A stretch of DNA of 64,000 nucleotides. It comes from the human T2T-CHM13v2.0 reference genome, Homo sapiens. The translations under genes and the position numbers were made by a program. The DNA is taken from assembly GCF_009914755.1 (NCBI RefSeq), contig NC_060930.1; one strand, written 5' to 3'. Every line of letters begins with the position of its first letter. Positions within the stretch are counted from its first letter, which is position 1. The notes beneath the pieces were generated by a model. That model was not told the DNA's origin, made no database searches, and saw nothing but the letters and a program-made list of their open reading frames with translations. Of this stretch, positions 1 to 12,565 are shown in pieces.

Positions 1-2688
1 TTTAAACTAATTCTATCTGGTTGTATTGCTTGAATTTTTTAAACAATCAAATTTTTTCTTGTACGAGGTAGGTTACACAAAAATACATTTCAGAAAGTAG
101 CAATATAATAGATTTTGACATTTGAGAACCATATGAAGTATTTTAAAGAAGAAAGAAGCATATGGCAAAAGCTTGACTAATCTTAATTTGGTAAAGAGGC
201 AATTCTGGATAAGCAAACTGTATGGTCAAGTCACAGTTAATCAGAAGACAATTATGGTTTAACTATTGTTAAGAATTTTCCAGAAGTTTATTGCTGCTGT
301 TATACCCTAGTGAGTAGAATATACTGAATATACTTGATTTTTTTCTTAGGTGACTAAGGCTCTCACAATGGCTAAGGAATAACATTGTGAACATCAATTT
401 GGATTGGACCATAAGTGGAGATATAAAGGGTTTTTAAGAGATGAGTCTAAATTTGCATTGACCCAGGACAGATTTTTAAGGTGATTAAAAAAATTAAATC
501 TCTCAGTTTGGTTTTCAGTCATTCATTTTCCTCATAGAGGCTTATAGCAAACAAAATCCTCCTAATCACTTCCTCACAAAAAAATACAAATATTTTATTA
601 AATATTTCTCCTTGGGGTCACTTTGCCTGATTTATTTAATTAATTAGTTTGATTGAGACATTATTATTTACAGCTTTGGGGCTGTGGCAGTACAATTAAG
701 GATGAGATCATTATTTCCTAAAGTGGAAAGAAAACTTGGAACAATTCACTCATATTCAATTTGTGTTTGAAAGTTCAGTAAAATACTGTTTGGGAATTTT
801 TAAATTAAGCAAATCAGATATTTTAAGAGAAATAATACATTACAATTGTGTGAAAGAGGATAGAAAAAGAATCTTGTTTGCCAATGTACAGGATAATTAG
901 GGTGTAGTGAGAATATTTAGCCCCAAGTAAAGAAAGAAATTTCAACCAAATTACTGGATGGAGATAGAAAAGTCATGCCCCATCTATCTGGTGGTTGGAT
1001 ATCTGGCATTCTTAATGATTCCTTAGACAGCTACATACTCAAAATAAGAGGAGTCCTCTTTGGGTAGTGAGGAAATCCTGTAGGATGAAATTGGAACCTG
1101 CCTTAGGGTACACCTTGAATTATGTAAAACTTGATTTAACAAGTTTGCTTATTTGGTTTCTCTGGTGATCTTTGGTACTTCCTAGGTTTCAGAAGGCAGG
1201 GAATTAGATGTAATGAGGGAGAAATAGAGATAGAGATAGAGTAGAGATAGAGAGAGACTGATGGACATGAATGCATGTGTTGTGTTGAGTGTGCGCTCAT
1301 AAGTGTGGGCAGGTGAGGAGGGTGTGCTATTGGGAGGTTTCACTGAGAAGCCAATATATTGGGAAACGACAGCCTTTGGAATACAGAAAATTGCAAAATC
1401 CTCAATTACATAAATATAGGCACCTAGGAAAATTTATTTACATATTTTATTAGCACTGAAGGTCATTACTGAGAATCAAAATACAATATACCAAAACCAA
1501 TGTCTATAATGATAACATACGACACTAAGTAAAAGTTAAATGATCATACTCCTTTTAAAAAGTCAGAGAAATACATTTTAGACAGATTTGTTTGCAGAAT
1601 AAGGGTGTCTGTATGTGCCTAACTTTTATCACCTTAGGTACAATCTTTGTTTTCCTGAAATTTTATTTGCTCCACTATGACATTCCTAATGATAATAAAT
1701 ACACAGGATTTATGTATTTGCCAAGATAAATGGTACATATTTTGTAGGGGTATTATTTTTTCCTGCCTTTATGGAAAAGATAAGTAGACTACATCTAAGG
1801 CAAAGTCTTTAAAAAGAATGTTTACTATTGTTTAATGTTTACTATTGTTTTAATATTTAAGGAAGAAAAAAATGTATGAAAAAATATGCCTTAGCATTCT
1901 ATAAATTCTAGTTAACTACCTTTGAATATGTCTGTGTTTGCAACAAATCATATCCAACCATGCAAAAAGCTTTTTTGCTCAGCTTCCCTCCAAAAGGAGT
2001 TACAATGTTTATGTCATGCATGGACAGTAAACCAAGTAATCACTAAAAACCCATTGATGCCTGGCACAATTTTATCTCTTATTTTAAGCATTTGCCTTGA
2101 ATTGAAGAAACTGATCTCATCTCTGGAGAACATTTCTTTTCACTCATTTCCAGGTGTGCTGTTTGAAAGGCCTCCATGGGGATTAACAGCATAGACTTGA
2201 GTTGGGCTGGTGAGTAATGCACATTTAATCAGACTGCACTCTGTACCCCAAAGCCTCTGCCTTTGTTAAAGTTCTCTGTTCTGCCTGATAAACATGTTAT
2301 GCCCTACTTCCTTCTATAAAAGCTAATACTCTACCAAATCTGTTTGATACCTTCTTTTTACGTAATGAAATAATCAATGATGGCAGAGGAAAGAAAGTGT
2401 TCTCCCTCTTTCTTTACCCATTGAAAAAAACCTGAGGATGAAGGTATGGTGGCAACTCAGAAAGGCTAATGGTGGGAAGGACTGAAGTTAGCAGTGTCTG
2501 CCCATATATAGGGCATGGTTTTTGACAGTTTGCATTTTTCTTATGATGAACATTATTCAGATCACTAGGAATTGCTTTAGGTTTTCCTTTTAGCTAATTC
2601 AGTTAAAAGGGTATAAATAATGTTTTATGAGCCACATAAGATAAATGGAAACCAAGAAAGGATTGCTGTGAAAAGAATAAAGGAAATC

Positions 2689-2691
<3 letters not shown>

Positions 2692-2756
<65 letters not shown>
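2692..2756. repeat. (CT)n(AT)n compound microsatellite
   Basis: Pure CT run followed directly by an AT run. Confidence 0.97.
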
Positions 2757-2758
<2 letters not shown>

Positions 2759-2853
2759 AAAGTCCCCAAAAATATGGTATTTCTGAAATATGAGGTATGA
2801 TTGCAAAGTCATTTAATTCATTAAAAATATATAGTGTCAGAATTCATACCTCC

Positions 2854-5204
2854 TGAGATGATTTGGCTCTGTGTCCCCACCCAAATGTCATCTCAAATTG
2901 CAATCCCCATGTGGCAAGGGAGGGACCCCAATTTATGGGGGTGGTTTCCCCCATGCTGTTTGCATGATAGTGAGGGAGTTCTCGTGAGATCTGATGGTTT
3001 TAAAAGTGGCAGTTTCCTCTGCTCTCTCTCTCCTGCCATCTTGTGAAGAAGGTGCTTGCTTCTCTTTCACCTCCCACCATGATTGTAAATTTCCTGAGGC
3101 CTCCTCAGCCATGTGGAACTGTGAGTTATTAAATCTCTTTTCTTTATATTACCCAGTTTCAGGTATTCTTTATAACAGTGTGAAAAGAGACTAATACAGA
3201 AAGTAGGGTACCAGGAGTGGAGCACTGCTATAAAAATAACCTGAAAATGTGGAAGCGACTTTGGAACTGGGTAATAGGCAGAGGTTGGAACAGTTTGGAG
3301 GGCTCGGAAGAAGACAGGAAGATGTGGGAAAGTTTGGAACTTTCTAGAGAGTTGCTGAATGGTTTTGTCCAAAATGCTAATAGTGGTATGGACAATGAAG
3401 TCTAGGCTGAGGTGTTCTCAGATGGAGATGAGGAGCTTATTGGAAACTGGAGCAAAGGTCACTCTTGCTATACTTTAGCAAAGAGACTGGTGGCATTTTG
3501 TCCCTGCCCTAGAGATCTGTGGAACTTTGAACTTGAGCGGTATGATTTAGAGTATCTGGCAGAAGAAATTTCTAAGCAGCAAAGCATTTAAGATGTGACC
3601 TGACTTTTTCTGAAAGTGTACAGTTGTATGCATTCACAAAGAGATGGTATGAAATTGGAACTTATGTTTAAAAGGGAAGCAGAGTGTAAAACTTTGAAAA
3701 ATTTGCATCCTGACCATGTGGTAGAAAAAAAAAACCCATTTTCTGGGGAGAAATTCAAGCCAGCTGAAGAAATCTGCATAAGTAGCGAGGAGCCAAATGT
3801 TAAGCATCAAGACAATGGGGAAAATGTCTCCAGGGCATTTCAGAGAGCTTCATGGCAGTGTCTCCCATCACCGGCCCTGAGGCCTAGGAGGGAAAAATGG
3901 TTTCATGGGCTGGGTCTAGGCCACTCCCTCCACACCCTGGACATGGTGCCCTGCTTCACAGCTGCTTCAGCTCCAGAGGTGGCTGAAAGGGGCCAAGGTA
4001 CAGCCTGGGCCATTGTTTCAGAGAGTGCAAGCCCCAAGACTTGGCAGTGTCCATTTGGTGTTGGGCCTGTGGGTGTGCAAACAAGAGTTGAGGTTTGGGA
4101 ACCTCCACCTAGATTTCAGAGGATATGGAAACACTTGGAGTACAGGCAGCAGTCTGCTGCAGGGGTGGAGCCCTCATGGAGAATCTCTACTAGGGTAATG
4201 CAGAGGGGAAATACGGGGTTGGAGCCCCCAAACAGAGTACCCACTGGGGCACTGCCTAGCCAAGCTGTGAGAAGAGGGCCACCATCCTCCAGACTCCAGA
4301 ATAGTAGATCCACCAACAGCTTGCACTGTGTGCCTAGAAAAGCTGCAAGTACTCAAAGCCATCCAGTGAAAGCAGCTGTGTGGGGTATTCCCTGCATAGC
4401 CACAGGGGTGGAACTGCTGAAGGACTTGGGAGCCCACTTCTTGTATTGGCTTGCCCTGGAAGTGAGACATGGAGTCCAAGGAGATTATTTTGAAGCCTTA
4501 AGATTTTATGAGGGACTTGCCAGGTTTTGGACTTGAGTGGGGCCTGTGGCCCCTTTGCTTTGGCCAATTTCTCCCATTTGGAAGGGGAATATTTACCCAA
4601 TGCCTATAACCCCATTGTATATTGGGTTATATAACTAACTTGTTATATATAACTAACTTGTTTTTCATTTTACAGGCTCCTAGGTGGAAGGGACTTGCCT
4701 TGTCTCAGATGAGACTTTGGACTTGGACTTTTTGGGTTAATGCTGTAATGGCTGTAGACTTTGGGGGACTATTGTGAAGACATGATTGTATTTTGGAATG
4801 TGAGAAGGACATGAGATTTGGGAGGGGGCAGGGGTGGAATGATATGGTTTGGCTTTGTGTCTTCACCCAAATCTCATCTTGAATTGATCCTCACATGTTG
4901 AGGGAGGGACCTAGTGAGAGGTGATTGGATCATGAGGGTGGTTTCCTCCATGCTGTTCTCATGATAGTGAGGGAGTTCTCATGGGATCTGATGGTTTTGA
5001 AAGTAGCAGTTTCTCCTGTGCTTGCTCTTTCTCTCCTGCTGCCTTGTGAAGAAGGTGTTTGCTCCTCCTTTGCCTTCCACTATGATTGTAAGTTTCCGGA
5101 GGCATCCCCAGCCATGTGGAACTGTGAGTCAATTAAACCTCTTTTCTTTACAAATTGCCCAGTCTCAGGTATTCTTTATAACAGTGTGAAAATGGACTAA
5201 TACA
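2854..5204 (+). mobile_element. Complete MaLR element (THE1D/MSTA-like): 5' LTR 2854-3198, internal 3199-4839, 3' LTR 4840-5204
   Basis: Two homologous TG...CTAATACA LTRs, THE1/MST-int sequence between them, purine-rich tract before the 3' LTR, perfect 5-bp TSD CCTCC (2849-2853, 5205-5209). Confidence 0.93.
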
Positions 5205-5254
5205 CCTCCAAAATGAACTTGGTTACTTCTAGAGTTGTGGCAATATGATCAAAA

Positions 5255-5417
5255 GAATACTGGCTTTTAAGCCCAAATGAGTTTGGCCATTTTGCTTGCT
5301 TCATTACTCACTACCAAACTACCATACCTTCCTGGGCCTCATTTGCTCAATTACTGTGTTAAATGGTAGTAATAATGCCTATTTCTCAGTGGAGCATGAG
5401 GGCTAAATGAAAATGCA
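5255..5417 (+). mobile_element. MIR fragment
   Basis: Degenerate MIR core (ctgggcctcatttgctc...aatggtagtaataatgcct...gagggctaaatga). Confidence 0.5.
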
Positions 5418-5489
5418 CTAACTTGCACTCTCTTGTATTCAACAAATATTAGGACTCTATACTCCTTCCACGTAAGAATAGAATGGCTT

Positions 5490-5870
<381 letters not shown>

Positions 5871-6303
5871 TCACATTTATTTCAATTGAATAATGATATT
5901 GAACACTTAGCACTTGCTGAGTACCTTCCTCTTGAATATCACATTTTTATTTTTAAAGATGGAATTGAATTTTAGTTATTTCCAAGAGTACCCAAAGTCA
6001 ATTCTTGTGCATATAGTTAATAATCAAGCTTGGGCAATTTTTTTTAGTCACTAAAAATCTTTTTTAGTCACACACATGCACACACAAGTATATATGCACT
6101 GTCTGACCACAATGAGACAAACTTTTGTGCCTTTCAAATTTTTTCTAAAGGCATTTCCAAAAATATTTTGAGCTTCAGCAGCACGATCTATCCTCTCCAT
6201 GATGCCTACTTTGAAGGGTCTAAAATTCAATTGCATACATACATTCTGGTTTGTGGAGAAAAAAATCAATCTTATGCCTCCTATTACACCTATAGCTTAC
6301 CTT

Positions 6304-6782
6304 TGTTACCAAAACACCAGGGGTTCGGTCTAGGGGTGCTCACACATAGAAAGCCAATCACTGAGTTAACAAGTATTGCCAGGGAAGAAGGCTTTAGTAA
6401 GGTGCTGCAGCTGAGGAAATGGAGATCAGTCTCAAATCCATCTTCCTGAATGACTAAAATTGGGGTTTATCTAGCAGGGAAGAAATGTAACCATGTATGG
6501 GAAAACAGGAATTAGAGGCGGCTAAGAAGAGAAGTTGGTCAACAGGAGGCAGGTGGGTGAGGGGTCTGCCACCTGTCTGGCATGACATTGTTCAGATGCA
6601 GTGATCTGGTGTGTTTCAGTTCCTTGATATTATCTGGAAAGCCTGATGGTTGGTTTTCTGAGAAAGGAATTCAGATAAGACAATTGTACCTTTCTCAAGT
6701 TTTAAGACTGGGAGGATCAATTTTTATGTTTATTCAGATAAACCATAAACATCAGTTCTATGGGACAATTAAGCTGGTTTTA
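6304..6782 (-). mobile_element. ERV1 solo LTR (LOR1-like)
   Basis: Matches recalled LOR1 consensus in reverse; 4-bp TSD CCTT (6300-6303, 6783-6786). Confidence 0.8.
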
Positions 6783-7009
6783 CCTTGAAGATAACTTTGA
6801 GTTCACATTTATGATGCCACAGAAGACTCAAGGGCCAGAGTCACTGTAATGTGGGCTTGTCATAGCTAGTCAGCCTTCATTTTTGAAATCACATTACAGT
6901 TGAAAAATTGGGGATGATGTTATAATAGTATAAATAAGAAATAAATGAATCTTTCTGCTTTGGCATAAAAGTGAGAGATCAAACTGTGTCAGAATTTTAT
7001 TTCATTTTT

Positions 7010-7139
7010 TCCTGTGGCTGCTGTATTTCTATGTAAGAGAGTCATTAAGTCCAGTGAACTCTCAAGGAGAGGGGAATTAAGCTCTACTGCTTGAAGGGAA
7101 AAGTATACAAATTTTTTAAATGTGTTTTTAATTACTACA
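7010..7139 (-). mobile_element. MLT1F-like LTR fragment
   Basis: ctcaaggagaggggaattaagctctactgcttgaaggg is the reverse of the MLT1F 5' end. Confidence 0.55.
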
Positions 7140-7310
7140 GGTAGTGGCAGTGGTGTCAGGAGCTGGCCAGCTTTTTCTTGTTTCCCTAATGGAAAGTTGA
7201 GGGTGGATCTCTGTGTTTCTGGACCCTGAAATTCCAAGGTCATAGGTAGACTGGTGGCAGTATTTCTAGAGGCTGGCCCTACAGAGTCGTGGATGAAGAA
7301 CTGTATTCTT

Positions 7311-7412
7311 TATGTTGCTCAAGCTGGCCTCAAATTCCTGGGCTCAAAGGATCCTCCTCCCTCAGCCTCCTGAGTAGCTGGGACAACAAGCATGTGCCAC
7401 CCACTGCACCCC
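7311..7412 (-). mobile_element. FLAM / Alu monomer fragment
   Basis: tgttgctcaagctggcctcaaattcctgggctcaa...cctcagcctcctgagtagctggga. Confidence 0.75.
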
Positions 7413-8287
7413 ACTCTATTTTATTTTTGAGAAGGGTTGCTAAGAAAGAATTTGAATGAGAAAGAAGAAACTCACATAGCTCTAGGCTGTCCACTGATGT
7501 TATAAAGTACTTTCATTCCCAGAGACACACCTTCTTGTGTTCTCTCTGAATGCTCCCTTTTTTATATTAAACCATTGCCCTACACAGTCAAGCTGCTAAT
7601 TTCTACCCTTAAACACTCGAAATTGCCAGTTAATCAAGTTAAATCCTTGGTCACAGAGAAGCTACTTTATCTTAGTGTTTGACTGAAAATTTATCTGCAT
7701 TTCAATAATACTGCATGTCACATTGAATAAAAATAGCACTTTTAAAAACGCCTTCTTCAAAGTAGTAGGTTGTCTAGCAGTCTAGTTTTTAGCAGTGAAA
7801 CTTAGAATGACTTGCTTGGCAGTGGCTTCTGGAGAGCAGTTTCTTCGTGGGTTAAATGAAGATAAGAATATCTTCCTGACCTATCTCAAAAGTTTAATAT
7901 GGGGCTCATAAGAGATAATAAGTGAGTTAAATATAAAATGCTACAAAATTTGCAAATGGTGAGTTGGAAATAGCTTTAGATGTCCAAACTCTCCATTTTA
8001 AACATAGAAAGTGACACCCAGAAAAGTGTCAAGAAAAACAGGGACAAGTGCCAGGAATTTCCTGAACTGGCTGCATTGATGAATGCCAACACAACTTTCA
8101 CATTTTCACATTTCCAGCTGGAAGTAGCTGAGAGACATGAAGAACCAATAATTATGTGAGTCTTCCTAGTTCATACACAGATATTCTACAAAGTCATTGT
8201 TGTTAAATTCACTTACAAAAAATAGAATAGTCTTTAATTAAAAAAAATAAAGGCCATAATAAAATAATATTGCCATAGTTTTCTTAC

Positions 8288-8587
8288 CTTTAGTGTCTTC
8301 ATGCAATACCTGTAGTGTTCTTTGCTCCATTTTTTGAGCCCATCCTTGAAATTTCTTTTTATATTGTCATTGTACTTCTTCAACCATTGTATTGCTTTAA
8401 CCAGAGAAGTATGGCCTGGTGGAATGCAGGCATTGTTACTATCTCTTGACATATAACATTTTCTAATACAGATTTCATAGATTTGGAATAGTTGAACTTT
8501 TCTGCTAAGTTACATCTTTACATTGACTCTACTCCTTAGTTTTGGTTGCTCATTCCTGTGAGTACTTCGGTTATGTAACATTTTTCT
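8288..8587 (-). other. Candidate 300-nt exon (non-coding or decayed coding)
   Basis: Minus-strand acceptor ctgtttgctgatttccatgtcAG and donor AAG|gtaaga; phase-0 frame has 100 codons with a single stop. Confidence 0.45.
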
Positions 8588-9159
8588 CTGACATGGAAAT
8601 CAGCAAACAGGCATGCTATGGCCAAAGGTAAAGCATCACAATAATGAAGAAGCTTACATAAAGGGAACATTGATGAATGCAGCAGCATGTGTTTGTGATT
8701 AAATCAAAGGCACATTCAAGGCTGCCTAGCAATCCAACCTGATTAACTGTTTTCCAAATCCTGATATAGTACAAAGTAATTGACAATGACAGGGATGGGG
8801 GGGAAATCAGATGCAAAATTGAGTATATCACTGTCAGATGGTTAACAAAACAAAGTGCCCAATGTCTTCTAAAGTTTCAATATTTCTAGAACTTATTTCT
8901 GAAACCAAACTCATTTTCACAGACAATAGAACAGTTTAGTGTCTAGACAATGGGAAAACATTAAGTTGTTAACAAGAGCAGATAAAACATCATCTTTTTT
9001 TTGCCATCTGTAAAGACACAAGGCCTGTTTTCTGTTATTTTGTACACTACACCTTCTAAGTCAGATCCCAAACTCACAGATTATTCTGGGATTGTATGAA
9101 ATCCCTACCTTTTATTTATTTAAATAAAATGATATTGAAGTTAGTGAATATAATAGCTA

Positions 9160-9380
9160 ATAAAAGCTAGTATTTGTTAGGTGCCATGAATATAAGACAT
9201 TCTTTTTATTTTGTTATAATTTCTAATTCTCGTAACACATGCATTGAGTAGGAATTATCATCTCCATTTTATGAGAAAACCAAAGTCCACTGTTGTTGAG
9301 TACTTTGCCTAAAGTCACATAAGTAGTGAGGATTCTGGCTCAGACTACTCAGACCCTAAATCCCATGCTATTTCCATTCT
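9160..9380 (-). mobile_element. MIR fragment
   Basis: attatcatctccattttatgagaaaaccaaagt...tttgcctaaagtcacataagtagt. Confidence 0.6.
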
Positions 9381-9529
9381 TCTATGACTCCTTTTTATTC
9401 TTTCTAACCTCCATAGATTTGTGAGGATATAGCACAGCATGCAACATTTGAAAACTTTTTTTCCAGTATTATACCAATACAGTCATATAATTAACACAGC
9501 AGTATAAAGCCAGTGAATTTCATTATTTA

Positions 9530-9700
9530 CAGCAGAGGCGGTAAAGAGAAGGTGGGATTTAGATTCAAATGACCTGGCCCTGCCATCTATCAGCCATGAA
9601 GCATTAGCCAAATCAGTTAATTCCACTGAACTTCACTTTTGATAATCTTTAAAAATAATGTGTTATCAAAGGGTTTTGTGGTCATTAAATGAAGTACTAT
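9530..9700 (+). mobile_element. MIR fragment
   Basis: ttcaaat...ccctgccatctatcagcc...gttttgtggtcattaaatga. Confidence 0.45.
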
Positions 9701-9859
9701 TAACCAAGGAGTTTTTGCAAATGTGGGTTATTTTTATTAAGTAGAAGACTATTTAGTGAATCTGTTTGCCAGAGTGAATTATCAATAAGATTGATTTTGT
9801 CATTTTGGAGGTTCAGAGACGTTTCTGGCTAAGACCAAATGAGATGGCTAAATACTCAC

Positions 9860-9970
9860 GGTCAGAATGTACCCTTCTGTTTTCACTCTCAAGACAGAGA
9901 CACACTATTGTTCCTTTTAGCATCTTTAGCAATTTTATCAGTGTCTCCTGTAGAGTCCAGTAATCATTCA
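9860..9970 (-). other. Candidate 111-nt exon
   Basis: Minus-strand acceptor tttgattccctttccctcAG and donor ACC|gtgagt; one frame fully open (NDYWTLQETLIKLLKMLKGTIVCLCLESENRRVHSD). Confidence 0.5.
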
Positions 9971-11482
9971 CTGAGGGAAAGGGAATCAAACAACGAAGTT
10001 ATGCTTGTTGCTGCCCAAATCAACAGGAAGAGCCTGGTTACATGCTGAGACATCACGCAAACCACTGCTGTGAAGAGGAGTGGATTGGGGCTGCACAGGT
10101 TGCAGAAGAGAGGCCCTGGAGAGACACTTAGAATCAAGGCTTGGAGATTGCTGGCAAGATGGCCAAATAGGAACAGCTCTGGTCTGCAGCTCCCAGCAAG
10201 ATTGATGCAGAAGGTGGGTGATTTCTGCATTTCCAACTGAGGTACCCAGTTCATCTCACTGGGACTGGTTGGACAGTGGGTGCAGCCCATGGAGGGTGAG
10301 CCGAAGCAGGGTGGGGCATCGCCTCACCCAGGAAGTACAAAGGGTCAGGGAATTTTCTTCCCTACCTAAGGGAAGCTGTGAGGGACTGAGCCTGAGGAAC
10401 TCTGGCACAGATACTATGCTTGTCCCGTGGTCTTCGCAACCTGCAAACCAGGAGATTCCCTGCGGTGCCTACCCCACCAGGTCCCTCAGTTTCAAGCACA
10501 AAACTGAGTGGCCATTTGGGCAGACACCAAACTAGCTGCAGGAGTTCTTTTTTTCCATACCCCAGTGGCACCTGGATCGCCAGCAAGACAGAACTGTTCA
10601 CTCCCCTGGAAAGGGGTGCTGAAGCCAGGGAGCCAAGTGGTCTGGCTCAGCAGGTCCCACCCCCATGGAGCCCAGCAAATTAAGATCCACTGGCTTGAAA
10701 TTCTTGCTGCCAGCACAGCAGCGGTCTGAGATTGATCTTCACAGCAGCGGTCTGAGATTGACCTGGGATGCTCGAGCTTGGTGGGGGAAGGGGTGTCCAT
10801 CACTGTTGAGGCTTGAGTAGGCAGTTTTAGGCTCACAGTGTAAACAAAGCAGCCAGGAAATTTGAACTGGGCTGAGCCCCCTGCAGCTCAGCAAGGCTGA
10901 TGTGGTCAGACTGCAGGATTTCTCTTCTCTGGGCAGGGCATCTCCGAAAAAAAGGCAGCAGCCCCAGTCAGGGACTTACAGATAAAACCCCCATCTCCCT
11001 GGGGCAGAGCGCCGGGGGAAAGGGGTGGCTGTGGGTGCAGCTTCAGCAGACTTAAACGTTCCTGCCTGACAGCTCTGAAGAGAGCAGCGGACCTCCCAGC
11101 ACAGCATTCGAGCTCCGCTAAGGGTCGGACTGCTTCCTCAAGTGGGTCCCTGACCCCCGTGTATCCTGACTGGGAGACACCTCCCAGTAGGGGCCAACAG
11201 ACAGCTCATACAGCTCTGGCTGGCATCTGGCAGGTGCCCCTCTAGGACAAAGCTTCCAGACGAAAGATTAGGCAGCAATCTTTGCTGTTCTACAGCCTCC
11301 GCTGGTGATACCCAGGCAGACAGGGTCTGGAGTGGACCTCCAGCAAACTCCAGCAGACTGGCAGCAGAGGGGACTGACTGTCAGAAGGAAAACTAACAAA
11401 CAGAAAGGAATAGCACGGCCACTCAAAGACCCCATCCAAAGGTCACCAACAACAAAGAGCAAAGGTAGATAAATCCACAAAG

Positions 11483-12502
11483 ATGGGGAGAAACCAGAGC
11501 AAAAAGGCTGAAAATTCCAAAAACCAGAATACCTCTTCTCCTCCAAAGGATCACAACTCCTTGCCAGCAAGGGAACAAAACTGGATGGAGAATGAGTTTG
11601 ACGAATTAACAGAAGTAGGCTTCAGAAGGTGAGTAATAACAAACTCCTCCGAGCTAAAGGAGCATGTTCTAACCCAATGCAAGGAAGCAAAGAACCTTGA
11701 AAAAAGGTTAGATGAATTGCTAACTAGAATAACCAGTGTAGAGAAGAACATTAATGACTTGATGGAGCTGAAAAACGTAGCACGAGAACTTCGTGAAGCA
11801 TACACAATTTCAATAGCTGAATCAATCAAGTGGAAGGAAGTATATCAGTGATTGAAGATCAACTTAATGAAATAAAGCAAGAAGACAAGATTAGAGAAAA
11901 AAGAATAAAAAGGAATGAACAAAGCCTCCAAGAATTATGGGACTATGTGAAAGACCAAATCTATGTTTGATTGGTGTACCTGAAAGTGATGAGAATGGAA
12001 CCAAGTTGGAAAACACTCTTCAGGATATTATCCAGGAGAACTTACCCAACCTAGCAAGACAGGCCAACATTCAAATTCAGGAAATACAGAAAACACCACA
12101 AAGATACTCCTTGAGAAGAGCACCCCAAGACACATAATTGTCAGATTCACCAAGGTTGAAATGAAGGAAAAAATATTAAGGGCAGCTAGAGAGAAGGGTT
12201 GGGTTACCCACAAAGGGAAGCCTGTCAGACTAACAGCAGATCTCTCTGCAGAAACCTTACAAGCCAGAAGAGAGTGGGGGCCAATATTCAACATTCTTAA
12301 AGAAAAGAATTTTCAACCCAGAATTTCATATCCAGCCAAACTAAGCTTCATAAGTGAAGGAGAAATAAAATCCTTTACAGACAAGCAAATGCTGAGAGAT
12401 TTTGTCACCACCAGGCCTGCCTTACAAGAGCTCCTGAAGGAAGCACTAAACATGGAAAGGAACAACTGGTACCAGCCACTGCAAAAACATAACAAATTGT
12501 AA
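11483..12502 (+). pseudogene. L1 ORF1p remnant (stops/frameshifts)
   Basis: ATG GGG AGA AAC CAG start; fragments RPNLCLIGVPESD and MKEKILRAAREKG...YQPLQKH. Confidence 0.92.
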
Positions 12503-12565
12503 AGAATATCGACACTATGAAGAAACTGCATCAACTAATGGGCAAAACAACCAGCTAGCTTCATA

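Noticed and set aside
1817-1850. 17-bp tandem duplication containing TGTTTAC
   Set aside because: Ordinary slippage duplication in AT-rich DNA with no other support for function
2603-2812. ORFs with YIYI/RERE or CVCV runs (also 26393, 33379, 58356, 59450)
   Set aside because: Translations of microsatellites
9964-10290. 108-aa minus-strand ORF (SEMNWVPQLEMQKSP...)
   Set aside because: Generic antisense translation of the L1 5'UTR, a common spurious peptide; not ORF0
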